Virus record (IMG/VR): IMGVR_UViG_3300037516_000306
Span: 1 to 64,000 of that record
Source: a virus
Strand: one strand, 5' to 3'
DNA length: 64,000 nt
The position numbers were made by a program, and so were the translations under genes. A model generated the notes under the pieces. The model was not told where the DNA came from. It did no database searches and saw only the letters and a list, made by a program, of their open reading frames with translations. Below are positions 1 through 8,794 of this stretch, piece by piece. The first letter of the stretch is position 1. Every line of letters begins with the position of its first letter.

Positions 1-3000
1 ATGTACCAGATGTTCCTGATGTAGCTGAAGTACCAGAGGTGCCACTAGTTGCAGATGTACCACTAGTACCCGAAGTACCTGTAGTACCACTAGTTCCTGT
101 GGTTCCACTAGTTCCTGTGGTTCCACTAGTTCCTGTGGTTCCACTTGTACCAGAAGATCCATTTATTCCTGATGTACCATTTGTACCATTGATTCCTGAC
201 GTTCCACTAGTACCATTTACTCCGCTTGTTCCTGAAGTACCTCCAGTTCCATTTGTAGCACTTGTACCAGATGTACCTGTGGTACCTGATGTTGCAGAGG
301 TTCCACTTGAACCACTTGTAGCAGAAGTTCCACTAGTTCCAGTGGTTCCTGAAGTTCCAGTGGTTCCACTAGACCCAGCAGTTCCTGAGGTTCCATTTGT
401 ACCATTTACACCAGAGGTTCCAGACGTACCAGTAGTACCTGAACTACCAGATATTCCACTTGTGCCTGATGTACCAGCAGAACCATTTGTTCCACTAGTT
501 CCAGCAGACCCTGATGAGCCAGATGTACCTGTAGTTCCAGATGTAGCAGATGAACCAGAGCTTCCGCTTGTTCCACTTGTTCCACCTGTACCATTAGTAG
601 CAGATGTACCACTTGTTCCAGTAGTACCTGAAGTACCATTTATTCCTGAGCTTCCAGAAGAACCGCTAGTTCCACTAGTAGCAGACGTTCCTGAAGTACC
701 TGTTGTACCTGATGAGCCAGATGTAGCACTTGTACCTGAGGTACCAGTAGTACCTGACGTTCCTGTTGTTCCACTGCTACCAGAGGTAGCTGATGAACCT
801 GAGGTTCCTGATGTACCATTACTTCCATCACCACCTGTTGCACCATCAAGGTTAACAAACCATGAGCAATAGAATCCTGAACCAGTTTGACCAGTCACTT
901 GGAAATCTAAAACACCTGTAGCTGGATTATATCCTGTAACGATAGCCTCATTATGTATAAGAGGATCGCCTGAATAAGTTATAATTATACTTTGTCCTAA
1001 TGTATACGCAAGTCCTGTACCAACAGTAATAGTACCTGTACCAGGAGGTGCTTGAATAGTATAACATGTAGAAGAAGTTGTTGCGTATTTATCTCCTGAA
1101 TATCCTGATGTACCAGATGTAGCAGAGCTACCTGAAGATCCTGAAGACCCACTAGTTGCACTAGTTCCACTAGTACCACTTGTAGCTGAGCTTCCTGATG
1201 TTCCGCTAGTTGCTGAAGTACCTGATGTTCCGTTTGTTCCATTAATACCAGAAGTACCTGCTGATCCATTAGTACCACTAGATCCACTGGTTCCTGTAGT
1301 TCCTGACGTTCCATTTATACCAGATGTTCCAGAAGTACCTGTACTTCCACTTGTTCCACTAGTCCCACTAGTTGCAGAAGATCCAGAACTACCGCTTGTA
1401 GCTGATGTACCACTTGTTCCACTACTTCCAGAAGATCCATTAGTTCCATTTGTACCATCATTCCCTGATGTTCCTGAGCTACCACTAGTAGCTGAGGTTC
1501 CAGATGTACCAGAGGTACCTCCTGTTCCATCAGATCCTGATGTACCACTAGACCCACTTGAGCCAGTAGTACCACTTGTTCCAGAGGTTCCACTAGTAGC
1601 ACTTGTACCAGATGTTGCAGAAGTTCCTGATGTACCAGTTGTTCCAGATGTAGCACTAGTTCCACTGGTTCCTGATGTACTACCTACAGATACACCTATT
1701 TGTTTTGTTACAACAATAATAGAAGGTGCAGCAGGACGAGCATAAGGACTTGTTGAAGCAGGAACAGCTGTAATTTGTACATGATCAGATGGAGAAGCAA
1801 ATACTATTTCTAAATAGTCATTAGCTTGTAGTTCTAATATGACAGATACAAATGGTAAACTTTTTGAATTGTTAGATTGCTCAGTAACTATAGAATCAGT
1901 ACGAATAATATCTGTACCATTTTTTCTTAAAAATATACTTACATCAATTGCACTTCCACCTTGTGTTTTCTCTAATTGTAATGAATAACCTATTTCGTAT
2001 ATACCAGCATATGGATATCTAATCTGTTGACCAAAGTCTAGAACAATACCATTTGCTATTTCTGTTGTGTTGTATGTAATTACTGTAGGAGTGTTTGCTG
2101 CTGTAACAATCTGTGTTGTACTATCAGAATAACTAGCAAACCAGTTAGCTATAGCAGCTCCTGAACTTCCATTTATTCCACTAGATCCACTAGTACCAGC
2201 AGTTCCGCTTGTTCCTGATGTTCCAGTTGTACCTGCAGTTCCAGAGCTACCAGATGTACCAGATGTACCCTCAGTACCTGATGTACCAGAAGTCCCTGTT
2301 GTTCCACTAGTACCAGAAGTCCCTGAAGTGCCACTTGATCCACTAGTTCCGCTGGACCCAGATGAACCTGAAGTACCAGCAGTACCACTTGTTCCAGATG
2401 TTCCATCTGTCCCAGAGCTTCCAGAACTTCCACTAGATCCGCTAGTTCCTGTTGTACCTGAGGTTCCAGTTGATCCAGAACTACCTGACGTACCACTAGT
2501 GCCACTAGTTCCAGTTGTTCCACTGGTACCTGTAGTACCAGAACTTCCTGTTGTACCAGACGTTCCAGATGTTCCATTAGAACCATCTCCTCCTGTACTA
2601 CCATCTAAGTTTATATCCCATATACAATAATTTCCACTACCCACTACTAATGTAGGGCTAGCAAAAGTTAAATCTCCTGTAAAAGGATTGTATGTTATAA
2701 CAATACATTCTTGATAGTTGAATGCATCATATGCAATAATAATAGATTGTCCAGGAGTGTATGCCAATCCTGTATCAACAACTAATGTTCCTGAGTTACC
2801 TAATGTAAAACAATCTGTAGAGACTGTTCTATATCTATCACCTTGTAATCCTGACGTTCCACTAGTTCCAGCTGTAGCAGATGTACCGCTTGTCCCTGTA
2901 GTACCAGAGGTACCAGAGGTTCCAGTTGTTCCTGAGCTACCAGAAGATCCAGTGGTACCAGAAGTTCCATCTGTACCAGAGGTCCCACTTGTAGCGGATG

Positions 3001-3403
3001 TTCCTGAGGTACCTGTACTTCCTGATGTTCCACTTGTGGCAGAACTTCCTGAGCTTCCTGATGTAGCACTAGTTCCTGAACTACCACTGGTTCCAGCTGT
3101 TCCACTTGTAGAAGAAGAACCAGATGTACCTGCAGATCCACTAGTACCTGTGGTACCAGAGGTGCCTGAAGTGGCTGATGTTCCACTAGTACCTGATGTG
3201 CCTGACGTTCCACTAGTACCAGAAGTACCACTAGATCCATCAGCACCAGCACCTGAACATAGTTTATCATTAATTTTCTTTAATGCAGATTCAAGGGTTT
3301 CATTAGTAGTTATACCAGTACATATCAAGTTAGGTCCTTCGTAGAATACACAGGACGCACTTAATAATATTGGGCAAGGATTAGCTGCACAGATTACATT
3401 CAT
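1..3403 (-). CDS. Gly-Thr-Ser (G-X-X) repeat fibre protein, >1134 aa, runs off the window's left edge; absent from the ORF track
   Basis: ATG at 3403 gives MNVICAANPCPILLSASCVFYEGPNL...ALKKINDKLC, then (GTS)n. Frame spot-checked at about 2840 (GLQGDRYRTV), 1990 (AGIYEIGYS), 1090 (GYSGDKYA) and 2-19 (SGTSGT). Four GTS blocks are separated by two homologous ~85-aa domains and one C1q/BclA-C-like domain. Confidence 0.9.
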   Translation of the reverse strand, partial: MNVICAANPCPILLSASCVFYEGPNLICTGITTNETLESALKKINDKLCSGAGADGSSGTSGTSGTSGTSGTSGTSATSGTSGTTGTSGSAGTSGSSSTSGTAGTSGSSGTSATSGSSGSSATSGTSGSTGTSGTSATSGTSGTDGTSGTTGSSGSSGTTGTSGTSGTTGTSGTSATAGTSGTSGLQGDRYRTVSTDCFTLGNSGTLVVDTGLAYTPGQSIIIAYDAFNYQECIVITYNPFTGDLTFASPTLVVGSGNYCIWDINLDGSTGGDGSNGTSGTSGTTGSSGTTGTSGTTGTSGTSGTSGSSGSTGTSGTTGTSGSSGSSGSSGTDGTSGTSGTAGTSGSSGSSGTSGSSGTSGTSGTSGTTGTSGTSGTEGTSGTSGSSGTAGTTGTSGTSGTAGTSGSSGINGSSGAAIANWFASYSDSTTQIVTAANTPTVITYNTTEIANGIVLDFGQQIRYPYAGIYEIGYSLQLEKTQGGSAIDVSIFLRKNGTDIIRTDSIVTEQSNNSKSLPFVSVILELQANDYLEIVFASPSDHVQITAVPASTSPYARPAAPSIIVVTKQIGVSVGSTSGTSGTSATSGTTGTSGTSATSGTSATSGTSGTSGTTGSSGSSGTSGSDGTGGTSGTSGTSATSGSSGTSGNDGTNGTNGSSGSSGTSGTSATSGSSGSSATSGTSGTSGSTGTSGTSGINGTSGTTGTSGSSGTNGSAGTSGINGTNGTSGTSATSGTSGSSATSGTSGTSATSGSSGSSGSSATSGTSGYSGDKYATTSSTCYTIQAPPGTGTITVGTGLAYTLGQSIIITYSGDPLIHNEAIVTGYNPATGVLDFQVTGQTGSGFYCSWFVNLDGATGGDGSNGTSGTSGSSATSGSSGTTGTSGTTGTSGTSATSGSSGTTGTSGTSATSGTSGSSGSSGINGTSGTTGTSGTSATNGTGGTSGTSGSSGSSATSGTTGTSGSSGSAGTSGTNGSAGTSGTSGISGSSGTTGTSGTSGVNGTNGTSGTAGSSGTTGTSGTTGTSGTSATSGSSGTSATSGTTGTSGTSATNGTGGTSGTSGVNGTSGTSGINGTNGTSGINGSSGTSGTTGTSGTTGTSGTTGTSGTTGTSGTSGTSATSGTSGTSATSGTSGT
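2..3245 (-). repeat. Four blocks of degenerate 9-nt coding repeats (Gly-Thr-Ser): about 2-830, 1105-1690, 2160-2585, 2848-3245
   Basis: Plus-strand units such as gtaccagat, gttccacta and gttcctgaa. These also generate the shadow ORFs (PLVPVV, LVVQ) in other frames. Confidence 0.9.
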
Positions 3404-3415
3404 TGGATTGTATTA

Positions 3416-3805
3416 TTAGTAAACGATTTTAAGAAGATCTCCTGTACGGTAGATCTGACCAGCAACTAAGCCAGCAAATAAAGCAGCTGAATTATTAGCA
3501 TACTGAGGAGTTACTAAAGGAGATGTAATTACAAGACTCCAATCAGCAGCTCCTGTACCTACAGCTTTAGCAAAATACAGCATAGACTTAGCTGTGTTTA
3601 AATAAGTTTGTCCTAGATATGTAGCAGATGTGCTAGGAGCAGTTATACCAGATAATGGTACTAAATTAGTATTTATTTTAGCCAATATAGATTCAAGATC
3701 CTCTAAAGGATTTGCTTTTATATTAGTTAAATAAGGGCCATTGTATACAATGCATTTAGCATTCTCATACACAGCACATGTTGGGCAAATTGCAGCTGTT
3801 CTCAT
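3416..3805 (-). CDS. Small fibre/spike-associated protein with the shared CxxYxGP anchor domain
   Basis: N-term CIVYNGPYL...LESILAKIN resembles four other fibre genes in the window; C-term YANNSAALFAGLVAGQIYRTGDLLKIVY. Confidence 0.7.
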   Translation of the reverse strand: MRTAAICPTCAVYENAKCIVYNGPYLTNIKANPLEDLESILAKINTNLVPLSGITAPSTSATYLGQTYLNTAKSMLYFAKAVGTGAADWSLVITSPLVTPQYANNSAALFAGLVAGQIYRTGDLLKIVY

Positions 3806-3810
3806 GTGAG

Positions 3811-3818
3811 CAAAGTTA
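3811..3818 (-). promoter_or_regulatory. Bacteroidota sigma-A -7 element TAACTTTG, 5 nt before the ATG
   Basis: Matches TAnnTTTG in an intergenic gap; the -33 element is weak. Confidence 0.55.
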
Positions 3819-3876
3819 ATTATTAATTATATGTTTTGAAAGTATTGATATTAAATACCTGGTATAATATAGCGTT

Positions 3877-6800
3877 CTATCTAATACCATAATTTGATTG
3901 AACTTTTATTCCAAGATCTTTTGCAAGTGCTGGGTAGAACATCGGAAGATATCCTTGTACTTGATTTGTAAAAGGAAATGTTTTCATCAAATATTTAATT
4001 ACTTGTGTCTTCTTTTCTAGTTCTTCATCTCCTGTACCTAATGCAAACATTTCTGTTTTGAAGTTAGTCATCAATTTAGCAAAGTTAGTTATCACTGCAG
4101 CAGCTGGAAACGCTCCTTGTGATATAAGATCTATTCCACTGGTAGGATCATAGAAGTACATAAGTTCTCCTTTGAATTTATCTGCAGCTTTCATATAGAA
4201 TTTGTATCTATTTTTAACAAGTGGATCTTCATCATCACCTGGTTCATTAGCTTTTAATGCTGCAAGTAATGCAAACACTGTTGCTAAGAATACAACATCC
4301 ACCACTTGAGATTTAATATTTTGTCTAGCAAGATCTATGAATTCAGTTTCAGTCATCTCAAGTGTCTTACCTGTTTCAGACTCATATTCATTTTTCTTTT
4401 TCTCAAACATCTGTCTCATATACTCCACTCCTTTTTCTGTACCTCTTAATGAATTATATAGTTTACCTAGTCCTGAAACAGGATTAGTAAGACTGAAGTC
4501 ATCTGTTAACACTTTGAATACCATTCTAGTTCTTCCCCATTCATATGCATCAGAAGCAGAATTATATTTCAAGTTACCCATACGTACATCTACAAGTCTA
4601 GGGATCCAGTTCTTAAACACCATGAATGATTTTCCTTGGACACTCATGTTGATCATTCTAAGATCATCTTCAGATAAGTTACCCAATGCATCTTTAGATA
4701 CTTGTTGTACCTTTCTTCTAAGTTCTACAACAGAATCAGACTTTTGCTCTACACCAGGAATTACAAACTTATTATCAACAACCTCTCCAACTTTTAACAC
4801 TCCCTGTTCATTAATAAGTCTTTTAACTTCTGCATCAAATCTTTCTTCAAAAGCTTTTCTATCTGCTACAGACCCTGAGTATTTTTCTTGGTATTCAGGT
4901 TGAGATCTTAGATACTCTCTAGCGTTTATCACTTGGCCATCTTGTACAATTGAATTGTTAAGGAAAGCGTAGAAGTTTGCTGTCTGTACATTTAAGTCTG
5001 TATTTCTCATTAAGATCATTAAGAAATCTTGTATGCTCTCTTGTGTTAATTGATTTAATGAAAGCTTCTTAGCTATCTCTCTATTATAATTATCTGTTAA
5101 TGGTAGGAAGTATTCTAATGCACCAATTAATTTCTTTTGATCTGTACCAAGAAACTTTTTAGAAAAGATCATTAGCTCTGCAGCTAAGTAATCTTTCTTA
5201 GTAAAATACTTACCTGAGTTAATTAATGATTGAGCATTACCTCCAAAGAAGTTAGAAGTGGCAGAAAGAAGGTTAAGTCCTAATGTTGTTATCTGGAATG
5301 TATTATTTAATTGATTGATAGTTTTATTTACACTTAACTGTCTATTAGATAATCCTTCTGGGAATACATTCACACCAAGTTTCTTATTTAATGTTTCTCC
5401 CCAGTTACCCATCTTAAATAAAAGCTGATCAAACATTTGATTATCTACAAACTTCTGTCCATAAATAATAGCTTTCATCATAGACTCAACTAAGTTAGCA
5501 TTTTCTCCTTTTATATATTGTCCATGTTTATCAGTGGTATATTTCAATACACCATCTTCTATTCTAGTCTTACCAAATATAGATGTAGCAATAGATTTTT
5601 TATTCTTCTCAACATCAACAACAGCTATCAATTGATCTTCTATTTCAGTTAGATATTTATATCTAATAGCAGCTTCATTGTACATAGCCATAGTTCTGAA
5701 TAAATCAGTAGATGTTTCTTCTTCTAAAGCTGAAGTGAAATACTTAGGTATTTTATTTACAATTTGTCCTGTATCAGGATCATATTGTCCATATCCTATA
5801 TCACCTTCATCTACAGATATATCAGTGAAGAACTGTTGACCAAGTTTAACTTGACCTCCAGTAACTAACTTTTCTACTAAGTTCTTTCTTACAAATGGAA
5901 GAAATGTTCTAGCAAATCTTTTATTAATATATCCAAGATCAGCATACTCATTATTCTTCTCAACAATATAATCATAGAATTGTTTAGCAGGAGCATTCTC
6001 TGGTTTGTTTAATTCTTTCCATTGTTCAGATGTCCATTTATCTTTCTTAGGAAACTTTCTAGTTTCATTATATATAAACCATCCTGCAGATGTAGTGGTG
6101 CTAGTATCATACAAGTTCTTAACCTTATATATTTCCATTACCACTTCATTAGGAAGTTTACCAGTGTTAGCTAATGCATCAGCTTCTTCTGATGTTAATA
6201 GTCTAGGTTTGTTTTTAATCCTTTCTATTTCCTCAGCAAGTTTTTCTTTTAAATGTTCATTATAAGCTGAAACATCTATGTTATCTCTTATCCATGAACT
6301 ATCTCTATCATCAGAAATGTTTTTTATTTCTTCTTTAGTCTTAGCTTTTAATTCAGTATAGAACGTTGGGTCATACTCATCGATAAGTTCATTAGAATCT
6401 TTCTTCTTAAGTATATCAAAATAGTTTTTATATGATAATCCTTTTCTCTTAGCCCACCCTTCAAACTTTTCTTTTAAATCCTCAAGTGTTTTACTTTCAG
6501 CTAATGTGTCCTGAGCAGAATAAGCAAATGCTCTATTAGCTTTCTTATATAAAAACTGTACAGCTTTACTTTGTAATGTAGCTGTAGAAGCAAATAACTT
6601 AGTGAATCCTTTAATTACTTTTTCTGCAGAAAGGAAATTATCTATTCCTTCTCTCTTAGCAATTATATCTTCTGCGTATTCTTCCAACACTCTTTCTAAT
6701 TCATCTTCTAAATCTTTTGCATCTTCAGATGTTTTTCTTAATTCTTTTTTAAGTTTTTCATCTTCTGCACTATCTGATAACAATGCTCTAACTTCTGAAT

Positions 6801-8784
6801 AAAGATCTGTATAGATGTTAATTGAAAATTGTGCATCTGTAATCTCTTTAGCAAAGTCACTAACTTGTTTATCAGTAAATGATTTAGCATCTTGACCTTT
6901 AATTTGATCCTCATATCTTGCTAGAAGTTTCTCAATAGTTTTGTTTAACAACTGAGCTTGTCTAACTAATGGTTGAATATTTTCTTTAACTTGTAATTGT
7001 CTTATAGAATAAAATAATGAATTAAGTAATTCATCTTTATTTAATTTCTCAGATTCAGGAACTGACTTATCAGAAATCTTTTTATAAAGACTATTAAGTT
7101 CACCTAGTAATTCATCTATTTTTCTTTTACCAGTTTTCTCATTCTTAATTGGAACAGGAAGTAAGTAATCCTCTTTAATGTTCTTAACATTAACATCTCC
7201 AATTTTAATACCAAGTAGTATTGGAAGAATATTTTCTTTTGCACTACCTTTTGTATATAAGGCTTTTATAGGAATCATTCTTGTTTGTTTGAACTTCTCA
7301 GGCTTTACACCATAAGCGTTCTGTAGAATAGATCTATATTGCTCCATTTGTAAATTCCATGCAGTGTTCTTATACCAAGGAATGTCAGTGTATTTATCTG
7401 TATCAAGATCCATAAACTTCCAGTCAAGAATGTTTACATCTCCTGTTGGTGTAATAGCTAAGAAATCCACAGTACCTGCACGATTAGCTTTAGGATTGTA
7501 GATGGTAGCTTCAGACATGAATCTAGTTCCTACAGGAAAAGAATTAAGACGATCTTTAAGATTGTTTCTTAATGTCTCATACATATCTCTATTATTAGGA
7601 TTGATTCTAGATTGATATCCAGTATCATCTAATGGTGTCTCTCTTAGATACCCATTCTCATCTACATATAAAGAGAATGCATACTCAAGATCTTTATGAC
7701 CTTTAGTACCCTTCTCAGCTTTCAAATCATTTGCAGCTTGTTGGTATTCTGTTTTGTTTAGATCTCCATTACGGAATGTTCTTTCATACCATGCATCAAC
7801 TAAATCAGAAACTCTAGGAATCTTTTTACCATTGATTCTATATCCATCCTCATCATGTTTCTCTATACTATCAGATACTTCTTTGATTCTATTCATCACT
7901 GCTTCTTGAGGATCTAACTGAAGAAAGGCTATACCTTCTTCTTCATTAATATCTTCTGCAGTACCAATTATTTTACCAGTTAGAATGTCCATAGACAATT
8001 GATCAAATCCTGATGTAGTGAATAGTTGTTTAAACCATTGAACCATTTGATCCCACCAGTTCTGCACTTTAGCAATATTCTCTGGTCTTTCTAAAGATCC
8101 TTCATTGTTATTAATGATTGTCTCAGCTAACACCTTAGCAATAGCTTCTTCTTTAAGCATTACTACATTAGGTCTTCCATCTATTTGATACATAGGGTTT
8201 TGACCATAAGTAGCAAACACTTCATTTAACACAGCATAATTATTAATCTCACTCATCAACTTCTTATACAAAGCTGGATTAGTTTGTTTAATGATTGCAA
8301 CAGCAAAGTGCATAGCTTCTTCAGGAAGAGCTTGTGCTTCTTTACCTTCTACCACTTCAATAAGTTTTTGTGTAAGTAATGCAACACCAGCAGCATCTTG
8401 TTTTATACCATCAACAACAACATTCTTTAATGATTTAACATCTACACCAATACGTGTAAGAAAATCATTAACCATTGCTAATGTTTTAGGAGAAGCAGTA
8501 GAAGGAATAGGTCCTTCATTCAATTGATAGAACACTCCTTTAGCATTATCTATTTGTTTGAATGCTGTTTTATTAGGAACAGCTTTACCATCCTCTTCAT
8601 AAAACAATCTACCTTCAGTTCCATATTTCTCTTTGGCAATATCAGATAATTCTCTATTGCTTTTTACGAATTTATTGTAATCAAGTATTTTAAGAAACTC
8701 ATCAATAATACCATTAGTCCTTAACCAAGCTTTAGTTGAGGCCTCTGATGTTTTAAACTTTTTCTTATCGTTGCAATTTGCCAT
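3877..8784 (-). CDS. Large virion cargo / vRNAP-associated protein (1635 aa) with a PD-(D/E)xK nuclease domain and a degenerate zincin-like motif
   Basis: KGTKGH...AGTVDFLAITPTGDVNILDWKF nuclease motif; PEEAMHF; adjacent to the vRNAP gene as in crAss-like phages. Confidence 0.7.
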   Translation of the reverse strand: MANCNDKKKFKTSEASTKAWLRTNGIIDEFLKILDYNKFVKSNRELSDIAKEKYGTEGRLFYEEDGKAVPNKTAFKQIDNAKGVFYQLNEGPIPSTASPKTLAMVNDFLTRIGVDVKSLKNVVVDGIKQDAAGVALLTQKLIEVVEGKEAQALPEEAMHFAVAIIKQTNPALYKKLMSEINNYAVLNEVFATYGQNPMYQIDGRPNVVMLKEEAIAKVLAETIINNNEGSLERPENIAKVQNWWDQMVQWFKQLFTTSGFDQLSMDILTGKIIGTAEDINEEEGIAFLQLDPQEAVMNRIKEVSDSIEKHDEDGYRINGKKIPRVSDLVDAWYERTFRNGDLNKTEYQQAANDLKAEKGTKGHKDLEYAFSLYVDENGYLRETPLDDTGYQSRINPNNRDMYETLRNNLKDRLNSFPVGTRFMSEATIYNPKANRAGTVDFLAITPTGDVNILDWKFMDLDTDKYTDIPWYKNTAWNLQMEQYRSILQNAYGVKPEKFKQTRMIPIKALYTKGSAKENILPILLGIKIGDVNVKNIKEDYLLPVPIKNEKTGKRKIDELLGELNSLYKKISDKSVPESEKLNKDELLNSLFYSIRQLQVKENIQPLVRQAQLLNKTIEKLLARYEDQIKGQDAKSFTDKQVSDFAKEITDAQFSINIYTDLYSEVRALLSDSAEDEKLKKELRKTSEDAKDLEDELERVLEEYAEDIIAKREGIDNFLSAEKVIKGFTKLFASTATLQSKAVQFLYKKANRAFAYSAQDTLAESKTLEDLKEKFEGWAKRKGLSYKNYFDILKKKDSNELIDEYDPTFYTELKAKTKEEIKNISDDRDSSWIRDNIDVSAYNEHLKEKLAEEIERIKNKPRLLTSEEADALANTGKLPNEVVMEIYKVKNLYDTSTTTSAGWFIYNETRKFPKKDKWTSEQWKELNKPENAPAKQFYDYIVEKNNEYADLGYINKRFARTFLPFVRKNLVEKLVTGGQVKLGQQFFTDISVDEGDIGYGQYDPDTGQIVNKIPKYFTSALEEETSTDLFRTMAMYNEAAIRYKYLTEIEDQLIAVVDVEKNKKSIATSIFGKTRIEDGVLKYTTDKHGQYIKGENANLVESMMKAIIYGQKFVDNQMFDQLLFKMGNWGETLNKKLGVNVFPEGLSNRQLSVNKTINQLNNTFQITTLGLNLLSATSNFFGGNAQSLINSGKYFTKKDYLAAELMIFSKKFLGTDQKKLIGALEYFLPLTDNYNREIAKKLSLNQLTQESIQDFLMILMRNTDLNVQTANFYAFLNNSIVQDGQVINAREYLRSQPEYQEKYSGSVADRKAFEERFDAEVKRLINEQGVLKVGEVVDNKFVIPGVEQKSDSVVELRRKVQQVSKDALGNLSEDDLRMINMSVQGKSFMVFKNWIPRLVDVRMGNLKYNSASDAYEWGRTRMVFKVLTDDFSLTNPVSGLGKLYNSLRGTEKGVEYMRQMFEKKKNEYESETGKTLEMTETEFIDLARQNIKSQVVDVVFLATVFALLAALKANEPGDDEDPLVKNRYKFYMKAADKFKGELMYFYDPTSGIDLISQGAFPAAAVITNFAKLMTNFKTEMFALGTGDEELEKKTQVIKYLMKTFPFTNQVQGYLPMFYPALAKDLGIKVQSNYGIR

Positions 8785-8794
8785 GGTTTATTTA

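Noticed and set aside
2-3245. CRISPR array or non-coding satellite
   Set aside because: Degenerate 9-nt units vary mostly at synonymous positions; there is no constant repeat with unique spacers
39-3344. ORF-track entries rich in PLVP/VPEV (+) and LVVQ (-)
   Set aside because: Shadow frames of the GTS repeat gene; the real frame is the open minus-strand ORF starting at 3403
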